64,000 bases of DNA from an uncultured Erysipelotrichaceae bacterium (GTDB lineage Bacteria; Bacillota_I; Bacilli_A; Erysipelotrichales; Erysipelotrichaceae): positions 1,927 through 65,926 of the forward strand of contig CAYUXW010000006.1 of assembly GCA_964449115.1 (NCBI GenBank). Direction: 5' to 3'. Every line of letters starts with the position of its first letter. Positions within the stretch are counted from its first letter, which is position 1. Shown in pieces: positions 29,873-39,357 of the stretch. The notes under the pieces were generated by a model. The model was given only the letters and a program-made list of their open reading frames with translations, was not told the origin of the DNA and searched no databases. The translations under genes and the position numbers were made by a program.

Positions 29873-30574
29873 TTAGACAATATACTGGTCTTTCTTTGAC
29901 GTTGCTCTGACAGTAGCGAAAATAATGATATAAATTAACACTACCAGACCTAGCCATAGATAATATAAATTTACTGATGGATCGAATAAACAGTAATCAT
30001 ATAAGCCATGCAGGAAAACAGCTAAAAACAGACCTGTCATCTTATAAATTTGAGCTGAAACAACTTTCCCCTGATTTGCGACCATTCTGGCTTTAGCATA
30101 ATAGGCACCCATCACAACACCAAAACAGACATGAGCAGGTATAGCTGTGAAAGCTCTAAGATAAGCTGTATTCAGTCCATAAGAATAAACGTACAGAAGG
30201 TTTTCTGAAATTGCGAAACCTAAAGAAACAAATACTGAATAAATTAGTCCATCATAAAGACAGTTAAAGTGTTTACTTCTCCAAGAGAAAATATTTAAAG
30301 CCAGATATTTTGTCCCTTCTTCAATTAAGGCCACACCAATAAAGGCTGAGGCTAAATAGTAAAGTGTATTTGGATATCTGAATATCTGAGTTAAAACACT
30401 ATCAGCAAACATTTCCAAAAAGAACGAAGCTACAGTAGCCAGCAGTCCCCCAAACAACATCAAGGCAAGTAGCCAAAGAGGTTCTTTTTCTTTTCTATCT
30501 CTTATATAGAGATAAGCTGCATAGACTAAACCAGGCACTACTGCAGCAATTGTTAATACATTGTAATAATCCAT
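29873..30574 (-). CDS. PrsW family intramembrane metalloprotease
   Basis: 233 aa polytopic protein with EEGTKY and HGLYD motifs. Confidence 0.8.
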   Translation of the reverse strand: MDYYNVLTIAAVVPGLVYAAYLYIRDRKEKEPLWLLALMLFGGLLATVASFFLEMFADSVLTQIFRYPNTLYYLASAFIGVALIEEGTKYLALNIFSWRSKHFNCLYDGLIYSVFVSLGFAISENLLYVYSYGLNTAYLRAFTAIPAHVCFGVVMGAYYAKARMVANQGKVVSAQIYKMTGLFLAVFLHGLYDYCLFDPSVNLYYLWLGLVVLIYIIIFATVRATSKKDQYIV

Positions 30575-30584
30575 AATTTTTCTC

Positions 30585-31160
30585 CTAATCTATTTTTATA
30601 TCTTTCAACTTATCATTAAGTTTACTATAAATATTTTCTTTAAACCACTTTTCATTTGAGGCTTCAACTGCATCTTCTAAATTAAACCAGCCTACAGCAC
30701 TGTTTTCATCCTCTTTACTGGTAATGGTTTCCTCTTCATCAGCTTGCAGCAAATATGTAATATTTAAATGCACATGGGTAGGAACATATTCTCCATTTTT
30801 GAAATGTCCATCAACTGATAATATTTCTAAAGAATAGATATCTTCAAGTAACGCTTTAACACTCTTTACACCACTTTCCTCTTTTACTTCCTCAATAGCC
30901 ACTTCCAATAAATCATAATGACCATCAGCATGACCACCGAGCCAAGCCCATGAATCATATAAATTATGGTAAGCCATCAACAACTTGTCCTTATTTTTGT
31001 TTAAAACCCAACCTGAAGCTGTCATGTGAGCAATTAAATTGGTACGATAAAAGATATCTTCATAATCTTTTAAATAATTTAAAATAATATCCTTATCTTT
31101 TTTTTCCTGTTCATTAAAAGGTTTATAATCTTTAATCTGTTGAATTAATTTGTTTTTCAT
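30585..31160 (-). CDS. NUDIX hydrolase
   Basis: 191 aa with a variant Nudix box: LGGHADGHYDLLEVAIEEVKEESGV. Confidence 0.7.
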   Translation of the reverse strand: MKNKLIQQIKDYKPFNEQEKKDKDIILNYLKDYEDIFYRTNLIAHMTASGWVLNKNKDKLLMAYHNLYDSWAWLGGHADGHYDLLEVAIEEVKEESGVKSVKALLEDIYSLEILSVDGHFKNGEYVPTHVHLNITYLLQADEEETITSKEDENSAVGWFNLEDAVEASNEKWFKENIYSKLNDKLKDIKID

Positions 31161-31230
31161 ATTCTTATTATAGCAAATACATCCTTCTATATAAATAAAG
31201 ACACTTAATATTTAGTGTCTAAACTTTTAT

Positions 31231-31509
31231 CTATTCTTGATCTTTCAGTTTCAGGAAAGCTTCATTTAATTCCGTGAAAATATTCAAGTTCACTGAATAA
31301 TAATGCGCTATTCCCACTTTTCTAATCTTCACCATTTTCGCATTGGTCAACTCTTTCATATGATAAGAAAATGTTGGTTGCGATAAATTGAAATATTCAA
31401 GTAAATCCTTCTGATTCATCTCTCCAGCTTTCAACAGCAAAGCCATTATTTTTATTCTGCTGTCATCTGCTAATGCTTTAAAAAAATCTGCTAAATCTTT
31501 GTATTGCAT
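31231..31509 (-). CDS. ArsR/SmtB family transcriptional regulator
   Basis: 92 aa winged HTH: DSRIKIMALLL...NQKDLLEYFNLSQPTFSYHMKEL. Confidence 0.85.
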   Translation of the reverse strand: MQYKDLADFFKALADDSRIKIMALLLKAGEMNQKDLLEYFNLSQPTFSYHMKELTNAKMVKIRKVGIAHYYSVNLNIFTELNEAFLKLKDQE

Positions 31510-31817
31510 AATACCCTCCTAAAAATTATTTTCCCCAGTTGCCTAATTTTACATTAAAAAGTATTAATATTCAATCGCTTGTGAAATTTTCACTAGTTTA
31601 TTTAATGATTTTTATTAAGAAATTGAATTTTTTACTTTCATTTTACTTGGCACTTACTTCAAAATTACATTTGAACATAATATCTTTAAAATTATTTTTT
31701 CACTTTCAGCAAAAAAGAAGCAATCTATTGTCATGATTGCTTCCTTATTTTTCACTTGTTTATAAGATTTATTTTAAAATTTTATTTGCTATAAAGATTT
31801 AATCAAATCCTATAATT

Positions 31818-34289
31818 TTATATTATTCTTTTCTTTTTGCCATAAACTGTAAGTCCAAGACTTCCAGATCCACTTAAGAACATTACAGCAAGCAGTAAAG
31901 TAATATTGATATTATCTCCTGTATCAGGTACAGGTTCTGGTTTTGTATTAGTAATTGTCCATACATTATTGTTTTCAACAACGGTTTTATTATAACCATT
32001 TGGAACAACAACTTCATCAACGGTCCAGACATGATTATTGTACATATCTGTCCATGTATGAGTCCAGCCATTAGCCTCATCTAAGATAACAATTTCTCCA
32101 TAAGCAACACCATCACGATATAGTTGAACTTCAACATAATCAGGTCTGTCTACAGAATTGTTATCATTCCAAACCTTGGTTACTTTTACATCAACCAAAT
32201 CTGCGGTAAATTCCCACTTACCATACACTGTCACATCTGACTTGATGTTCACTGTTGTCAGAGGATTACCGGCATAGCTTGTATCACTTGACCAGCCTGT
32301 GAATTTCCAGGTTCCAGGTATTCCATTAACCGTACCATCTGATGTTGTCCAGCTTGTTGTTGGAACTGCTCCAAGAGTCTCATCAGTATTGTACGAGATT
32401 CCTGTCTTGTTATCAGGGTTAACTGCATCAGTTGGAGTTCCATAAATCGCATCTGCTGCAACTACATAGTTCAGTGAATAGGTTGTTGGGGTAAATTTCC
32501 AGCTACCTTCTATATCTGTATTAGCTGTTATGATAAAATCAACTTTATTCCAACCTGAAAACTCCCAGGTTCCAGGAATATTAACACCACCAACTACTGC
32601 ATAAGTCTGTGTTGTTGTAAGAGCAGCAAACACAGTAACCAAATCACCAGATTTATAATTTGTCCCGTCAATAGGAGTAACACTGCTGATAGGTTTTCCA
32701 TAATTGACATCTGAATTCACAATATAAGTTACTTTTAGGATTGCTGAGTTTTTAATTGACCATGTTGTTGATCCGACATCATTGTTACCAATATAGATAT
32801 CATTTGCATTGTCATTATGAATATGGTCTGTAAGGTCTTCGTCTTTTATATCCTCTGTATACCCAATGTTTAAAGTCCATGTAGTGATATCACCAAGAAG
32901 GTATCCATCAGGGGCATTAACCTCCGTTAATGTATATGTTCCCCATGGAAGATCTTTAAATTTCCAATTCCCAGTTAAGCCACCTTCAGATGCCAACCAT
33001 TCTTTATTGTTTGCATCCTTCAAAGTAAACTCTGCTCCAGGAATAGAGTTTCCTGTTTGAGCGTCTACTTTGCTGAAAGAGAAATCATATAGTGTGCCTA
33101 AAACTTGAGGCACAGGGAAGATTACAGAGCATGTTTCAGTACCGCAATTATAATTAAGAACTGTCGTTCCGTTAACATCATAAAGTGTACCACTGGTAAA
33201 ACCAGCTTTTTCAACATCTAAATAGACATTGTATATAATTTCTACCACATTTAGATACCATTGAGTGGTTGTTGTTACTCTTGTGGTAACCGTGCTTCCA
33301 TCTGGTCGAGTAATAGTTTCTTGGGTAACTGTTACAACTGGATCAGTTTTATTAACACTATCAGTTGCTTTAGGACTAATATTCCAAGTTACAGATGTAC
33401 CAGCCTCTGTAGCTGCTGCTGGTGCTGTTCCATATATATCGCCATTAACAAAGCCATCAAAAACAATATATGATCCCATTGGATCTACGATAGATGCACT
33501 ACCTTCATTATCGAAAACAATCACAGTTTCCTCTTGTGTTTCTTCATTAACAATCGTATTAAATAAAGCATTGTATGCATTATCAGTAAGATTAACTGGT
33601 ACTAAATAAGAGCCATCAGGAAGTACTGTTGGTGTTTGGCCACCGACTGTTATAACTCCTCCTTGTTCACGAATATTATCAAGTGCTATATACTGAGTTC
33701 CTACCTTTAGATAAAATACTGAATTAGGAACCACCAGTTGCAATTTTGGTTCTGCGATAACCAGTCCGTTATACTTTATTTGAATGGTAAAATATGGAGA
33801 TGTAGCAACTGGGGTCTCTAACGGTTTTGGAGCCCCTTGAGTACTATTACTTAAACTACCATTACCAGGACGAACATCGACGCCAGTATTGTCTGGAAAA
33901 CCATTTCCAGCACCATTAACATATAGACTTTGAGAATTTACTTCCAACATACTGGTAATAGATTGATAAGTAGCAACCTTTTTGCTCATTACATCAATAG
34001 CCAAATATACCAAAAACTGATTCTCTGTATTTGTTGGGACAACGTTTTTCTGAACACGAACCATCCCATCAGCTGAAACAGTTGTCTTGTGTTCAGGACC
34101 ATTTCCTGAATATTCGCTGCTAAGTGGAACCTGCCATTCATTTACTCCAGACATATCTAAATCATCTCCATATGTTGGATACGCAGCCAATAGAGTAATG
34201 CTGTTAGTTACTAGCAGTACCATTGCTAGGAAAAATGATAATATGCGCTTCCGCATTGTTTTCCTTTTTTTAATTTTGTTTTTTATCAT
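31818..34289 (-). CDS. Sortase-anchored surface protein (prealbumin/SpaA-like domain, two SHIRT-like repeats, CnaB domain, VPDTG sorting signal)
   Basis: 823 aa. Signal peptide, then FSFSKVDAQTGN...GTYTLTEVNAPDGY (SpaA-type). Two ~85-aa repeats end in GTWEFSGW and GTWKFTGW. KVWNDNNSVDRPDYVEVQLYRDG is CnaB-like. The C-terminus is VPDTGD plus a TM helix plus KKKR. Confidence 0.85.
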   Translation of the reverse strand: MIKNKIKKRKTMRKRILSFFLAMVLLVTNSITLLAAYPTYGDDLDMSGVNEWQVPLSSEYSGNGPEHKTTVSADGMVRVQKNVVPTNTENQFLVYLAIDVMSKKVATYQSITSMLEVNSQSLYVNGAGNGFPDNTGVDVRPGNGSLSNSTQGAPKPLETPVATSPYFTIQIKYNGLVIAEPKLQLVVPNSVFYLKVGTQYIALDNIREQGGVITVGGQTPTVLPDGSYLVPVNLTDNAYNALFNTIVNEETQEETVIVFDNEGSASIVDPMGSYIVFDGFVNGDIYGTAPAAATEAGTSVTWNISPKATDSVNKTDPVVTVTQETITRPDGSTVTTRVTTTTQWYLNVVEIIYNVYLDVEKAGFTSGTLYDVNGTTVLNYNCGTETCSVIFPVPQVLGTLYDFSFSKVDAQTGNSIPGAEFTLKDANNKEWLASEGGLTGNWKFKDLPWGTYTLTEVNAPDGYLLGDITTWTLNIGYTEDIKDEDLTDHIHNDNANDIYIGNNDVGSTTWSIKNSAILKVTYIVNSDVNYGKPISSVTPIDGTNYKSGDLVTVFAALTTTQTYAVVGGVNIPGTWEFSGWNKVDFIITANTDIEGSWKFTPTTYSLNYVVAADAIYGTPTDAVNPDNKTGISYNTDETLGAVPTTSWTTSDGTVNGIPGTWKFTGWSSDTSYAGNPLTTVNIKSDVTVYGKWEFTADLVDVKVTKVWNDNNSVDRPDYVEVQLYRDGVAYGEIVILDEANGWTHTWTDMYNNHVWTVDEVVVPNGYNKTVVENNNVWTITNTKPEPVPDTGDNINITLLLAVMFLSGSGSLGLTVYGKKKRII

Positions 34290-34568
34290 GACCTCTCAAC
34301 GCCTCTCTTTTTTAAGATACAAAAACTAGAAATATTCTCTAGCAATATTTAAGCCAAAAAAAATCTTTCAACTTTATCAACTTCTATGTATATAATACAA
34401 TATCAACTAAAATGTATCAATAGATATAAATCGTTTTTATAATTTAGCACAACCATATTATAGCCAAATTAATCTCGTTAAATATTAAAGTTTTTATTCA
34501 TTTTTTAAAATTTTATTTAAAATAAACCAGACTATACTTCAAAAGGTAGAAATATATCTACCTTTTTG

Positions 34569-35927
34569 TTATTTTTCTTGTTGCTCTTCAAACATTTTCT
34601 TCATTGTTGGATTGTTTCTAGTTAATTTTTTAATTGATAAATCCTGAGCTTTATCATTTGCTAAACGCAGGTTTCTGCCAGAAGACATTAGGGCGTCTTT
34701 GATTTTCTGCAGTTGAACTATCGACTTGTCTATCTGTTCAATAGCTTCTTCAAATTTATTGGCTGCTCTGACAAAGTTTTTAGAAAATTTATCTTTAAAA
34801 TCGTTTATCTCCTGCTCAAAATTAGTAATATCAATATTCTGATTACGCATCAACATTAATTCTTTTTTATATTCCATAGAGTTTAATGCTGCATTTCTTA
34901 ATAAGGTAATTATCGGTATAAAGAATTGAGGTCTTACTACATACATTTTTTCATACCTATAGGAAACATCAACAATTCCAGCATTATACAAATCGTTATC
35001 TTTTTCCAGCATAGATACTAAAACCGCATATTCACAGTCCTTGTTCTTTCTGTCTTTATCCAACTTTAAGAAGAAAGCTTCATTTTTCTGTTTATTTTTA
35101 GAACCTTCTTCTTCGTTTTTCATCTCAAACATAATCGAAACTATCAGATTTCCTTCATTATCATAATCTTTAAAGATATAGTCACCTTTGGTTCCTTCTT
35201 TAACAGAGGTGTCCTTTTCAAAATAGGCGTTCTTGAAAGCCGTAGCTCTAATCTTGTTGAATTCATTTTCACAATACTGCTCCAGACTTTCTCCTATATC
35301 CTTGATAGTTAACTGAGCCTTATAGTCTCTATAGTAATTAATCATGTCATCTTTCGCTTTTAGCTGATTTTCATAATTCTGCTTCAGTGAGTTTTCTTTG
35401 ATTTTAAACTGGTCCTGGCTGCTTTCCAGAGCATTACTGAGTTTTGCAATTTCGCTGTCCTTGCTATTTACAATCTTTTGAATCTCCAGTTGAGTCTGAC
35501 TCTCTTTGTTTTCAAGTTTGTTTGACAAAGCTGTAATCTCGTTGTTTTTCTCACTGATTTTTCTTTGCAGTTCATTTTCTAGAGTCTTTCGCTCTAATTG
35601 CATTTTGTTTTGCAGTTTTTCGATTTCACTTTCCTTTTCAGTTATTTTTTTCAAATAATCTGTTTCCAGCTGGTTAGTTGCCAATTTTATGTTTGCTTCA
35701 CTTTCGCTTTTCTTCTGCTCCAATTTCAAACTTAATTTATCAATTTCAGTTTGCATTTCTTGTTTTGCTAAAGCCAAGGCACTTTCTTTTTCTTTAATTA
35801 ATTGCTCTTCTCTTAATTTTAAATCATCTGAAAACTGCTGATCTCTAATCTGATTTACAATTGATTGATAATTTGACTCATCTATTTGAAACATTTCTCC
35901 ACAATTTGGACACTTAATCTCTTTCAT
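34569..35927 (-). CDS. DUF2130 domain protein (zinc ribbon, long coiled coil, C-terminal PD-(D/E)xK-like region)
   Basis: 452 aa from the ATG at 35927, preceded by AAGGAGAGG. CPNCGE at the N-terminus, about 200 aa of heptad-rich E/K/Q sequence, then GDYIF...IMFEMKNE. Confidence 0.7.
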   Translation of the reverse strand: MKEIKCPNCGEMFQIDESNYQSIVNQIRDQQFSDDLKLREEQLIKEKESALALAKQEMQTEIDKLSLKLEQKKSESEANIKLATNQLETDYLKKITEKESEIEKLQNKMQLERKTLENELQRKISEKNNEITALSNKLENKESQTQLEIQKIVNSKDSEIAKLSNALESSQDQFKIKENSLKQNYENQLKAKDDMINYYRDYKAQLTIKDIGESLEQYCENEFNKIRATAFKNAYFEKDTSVKEGTKGDYIFKDYDNEGNLIVSIMFEMKNEEEGSKNKQKNEAFFLKLDKDRKNKDCEYAVLVSMLEKDNDLYNAGIVDVSYRYEKMYVVRPQFFIPIITLLRNAALNSMEYKKELMLMRNQNIDITNFEQEINDFKDKFSKNFVRAANKFEEAIEQIDKSIVQLQKIKDALMSSGRNLRLANDKAQDLSIKKLTRNNPTMKKMFEEQQEK

Positions 35928-36099
35928 TTGCCTCTCCTTTCTTGGCACTTTATTTCAACTTTTTTATCCTGCTACTAATATTATACATCATTGATAATTC
36001 CCTTTTTTAAAAGAAAACCCATCAACTTCTTATACATCTTTATTATACAGAAGGCATAAATTAATGATGGGTGTTTATTTGGACTTTATTATTAATATT

Positions 36100-39000
36100 C
36101 TATTTTACCTGACGATATGTTGACTCCATTAAACTGAATAAATAGCACTCAACCTTTTTATATGAAACCGATTCAATATATTCCTTATACCCCAACAGCT
36201 GCAAATCATAGTTTTCATCGGAAATATTTTTAAGCTTATAATCAATAATGACAAATCTGTCTTCATATTCAAGTAATAGGTCGATAAAACCATGCTTCTG
36301 CTGGTTATCCTGTTGATAAATAAACTCGAACTCTTTTATTACTTTGACACTTTTAACATCCTTAAGTAAATCACTTTCCACAAATTTTCTAATCTTGCCT
36401 TCACACTCTGCTTCGATGATTGAATAATCAGGATTTTTCAAATCTATAACTTCCAAAAGATAGTGTAATTTTGTGCCATATTCCATTATATCTTTGGTAG
36501 TTTGATCAATAATTGAAATTTCTTTAGAAAACTTTCCTTTTTCCAGTAGTTCTGGAACTATTTCCTTAGGAATAGAAACTTCTATTGGATCAGCATTTTT
36601 ATCCAAATCTTTAAAAACGTCTGTTATTTTATCCAAATATTTTTTATTTAACTGTATTTCTTTACTATCTTTACTTAAATCAATTTCCCAGACATATTTT
36701 GCGAGTGCACCAGATATTGAATTCAGCATACTTAAAAAACTGTTGTATTTTAATCTGGTATCATTTTCTACTACACCATCATCAAATTCTGTCTCGTTAC
36801 TTTCCAATGGACAAATCATAATAATTTTTTCTTGAGCTCTGGTTAAAGCAACATAAAACAGTCTGATTTTTTCGGAAATCATTTCTCTATTTTTATCCTG
36901 TTTAAATAGTTTCTTTAAAACTGTTTCCGACAAGCCCAAATACTGATTTCTTTCATAAATCTTACAAGGTAAAATAACCCCTCTTTCTTTAGAGAACAGA
37001 TAATCTCCTTTGACATCCGAAGTATTAAACCTTCCAAATAATAATGGATAATAACAGATACGGAACTCTAAACCTTTAGAGTTGTGAATCGACATTATCT
37101 TAACAGCATTTTCTTCGTGCTGATTCAATTTAAACTCCAGTTTTTTCTTTTCATCATTCAATATCTTTTCTAAATGACTGGCAAAATCAGAATAGCTATA
37201 TCCAATTTGCCCTAATTGAATTGCCAGATCACTAACGTACTCGATAATAGCAACATTCATTTCCACTTCACCAAGCAAATGAATCTTCTCATAGAAATCA
37301 AAAGCTTTGATAATTTCATTAAATACTTCTAAAATCGTTTTATTCTCAATTCCCTGGGAAATATTGACACATTTTAAATAACTTATAGTCTTTTCAATTG
37401 TATCCTCTTTAATTGTTTCATAAATTGCTTCATCAGTATTTTGAATCAGAAAACTTCTTTCAATAGAAGCATAGCAATGTTTTTGAACTTCTTTATCTTT
37501 TTTATTAACGATGTTATCAATCATCATAAAGATTCTTTTAATAACTTTGATAATATCTGTTTCGCCTATTTGAACTTCTCTTTCTACTTTTACCGGAATT
37601 GCTTCAGCAGACAATATTTCGTTAAATAAATCGAAATGTTTTTTGGTCTGGGCCATGATACAGAAATCACCATAGTTAACTTTTCTTAAATTCTTACCAT
37701 CAAAAATCTGAAATTCGCCAGCAATTTTATTTTTGATATCTCTAGCGATAATCATCGCTTCAACTTCTTCTTTTTTAAATTCCTTATCAGCAAACGGATA
37801 AATATCAACCTTTTCAATTGTTATTTTACCTTTTGAATCTTCAGACTCCTGTTCTTGTTTGAGTCTGTAGCTGATTATTTCTGTCTGATAATAGTTTGCA
37901 TCTGGACAGTTTTGCGTATATTTTTCTTGGCCAAATTCCAGCATTTGAGACTTGTCATAATTGACTCCTCCGATATACTGGTCCATTAGATATGAAAAAA
38001 TATGATTTACAGAATCTAAGACTTCTTTTCTACTTCTAAAGTTTTTATTCAGGTCAATTACTTTACCATCACTTACCTTTTTGCATTCATTGTACTTGTT
38101 TTGAAAATTTAAAGGATTGGCATTTCTAAAACCATAAATAGACTGTTTAATATCACCAACGACAAAGACATTGTTATTAGATATCAGACTAATAAACTCT
38201 TCCTGCAGATCGCTGTTATCCTGATACTCATCTACCAATATTTCTTTAAAGTAATCCTTTATTTCGTTTCTGATATTTTCATTTTCTTCGACCAGCTTAA
38301 TCGACATCTTGGCGATATCAGTATAAGTATACAAATCTTTTTCTTTTTTAAAAATAGAAGTCTTTTTCTCTAGTCTATTAATAATTTCCAAAATAACTTC
38401 AACATATTTTCTAGTACTTGATATCTGATTTTTCACTTCTGTTTTACTAAAGGCAAATATTTCCTTTATCTCTTTAACAGCCTCAGAAATCTTATCCTTA
38501 AAGAAAGAGGCTCTTAATTTCGTATAATCATCTATACCTGAAATTCTCATAGATCCAAGACTGAAATCAGAAATTTCATTTTCTAAATCTTCTACGGTTT
38601 TACAACTAACAAGGGTTTCCAGTTTTGGCACTTCTTTTTCGATAAAGGTAGTTTTATATCCATATATTATATCCATCAGAGTTTCAAGCCATCTTTCAAT
38701 GTTTTTTAGTATTTCTAAAGATGACTCACGATATTCTATTACCTGTTTTTCTACAAATTCATTACTGAAAAATTGATTGAAGTAATTATTAATAAACTCA
38801 TCTTTATCAATTATTAAATCCATTTTATTATTTATTGCTATTATGGCCTCTTTAAAAGCATTATCGCTTTTTATACATAAATCGTTTATTGTTTCTAAAA
38901 ATTTACTATCTTTAGAAAGATACTTCTGATTGATAATTTCATCAAGTATCTCTTCCTGTTTTATCTTCATTACATTTTCATCAATAACACTGATATTATT

Positions 39001-39357
39001 GCTGACATTTAACAGGTAGTGATATTTTTTCACTAAAGACAGGCTATAGGCATCAAAGGTCATAATATAGCTTCCATCAATTTTATCTAATTGATCTTTT
39101 CGACGATTTTCATTTAAAGCTCCACCTTCATTTTTTTCTATCTTTTCTTTGGTTTTTTCTTTCATCGAAGCTGCTGCTGCCTTGGTAAAAGTCAAAACAA
39201 GAAGGTGGTCAATATCAATACCCTTACACAGATGATTAAAGATACGTTCTGTCAGCACGGCTGTTTTACCACTACCGGCTCCAGCTGAAACAATAGTGTT
39301 GGCAATATCACATGTTATTGCTTCATGTTGCTCTTTTGTCCAAGTTATCTTACTCAT
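36100..39357 (-). CDS. addA: ATP-dependent helicase/nuclease subunit A (UvrD/Rep-type helicase with C-terminal RecB nuclease)
   Basis: 1085 aa. Walker A AGAGSGKT, DEYQD, and C-terminal GFIDLL...IIDYK nuclease motif. The start overlaps the addB stop (ATGAGTAA). Confidence 0.85.
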   Translation of the reverse strand: MSKITWTKEQHEAITCDIANTIVSAGAGSGKTAVLTERIFNHLCKGIDIDHLLVLTFTKAAAASMKEKTKEKIEKNEGGALNENRRKDQLDKIDGSYIMTFDAYSLSLVKKYHYLLNVSNNISVIDENVMKIKQEEILDEIINQKYLSKDSKFLETINDLCIKSDNAFKEAIIAINNKMDLIIDKDEFINNYFNQFFSNEFVEKQVIEYRESSLEILKNIERWLETLMDIIYGYKTTFIEKEVPKLETLVSCKTVEDLENEISDFSLGSMRISGIDDYTKLRASFFKDKISEAVKEIKEIFAFSKTEVKNQISSTRKYVEVILEIINRLEKKTSIFKKEKDLYTYTDIAKMSIKLVEENENIRNEIKDYFKEILVDEYQDNSDLQEEFISLISNNNVFVVGDIKQSIYGFRNANPLNFQNKYNECKKVSDGKVIDLNKNFRSRKEVLDSVNHIFSYLMDQYIGGVNYDKSQMLEFGQEKYTQNCPDANYYQTEIISYRLKQEQESEDSKGKITIEKVDIYPFADKEFKKEEVEAMIIARDIKNKIAGEFQIFDGKNLRKVNYGDFCIMAQTKKHFDLFNEILSAEAIPVKVEREVQIGETDIIKVIKRIFMMIDNIVNKKDKEVQKHCYASIERSFLIQNTDEAIYETIKEDTIEKTISYLKCVNISQGIENKTILEVFNEIIKAFDFYEKIHLLGEVEMNVAIIEYVSDLAIQLGQIGYSYSDFASHLEKILNDEKKKLEFKLNQHEENAVKIMSIHNSKGLEFRICYYPLLFGRFNTSDVKGDYLFSKERGVILPCKIYERNQYLGLSETVLKKLFKQDKNREMISEKIRLFYVALTRAQEKIIMICPLESNETEFDDGVVENDTRLKYNSFLSMLNSISGALAKYVWEIDLSKDSKEIQLNKKYLDKITDVFKDLDKNADPIEVSIPKEIVPELLEKGKFSKEISIIDQTTKDIMEYGTKLHYLLEVIDLKNPDYSIIEAECEGKIRKFVESDLLKDVKSVKVIKEFEFIYQQDNQQKHGFIDLLLEYEDRFVIIDYKLKNISDENYDLQLLGYKEYIESVSYKKVECYLFSLMESTYRQVK

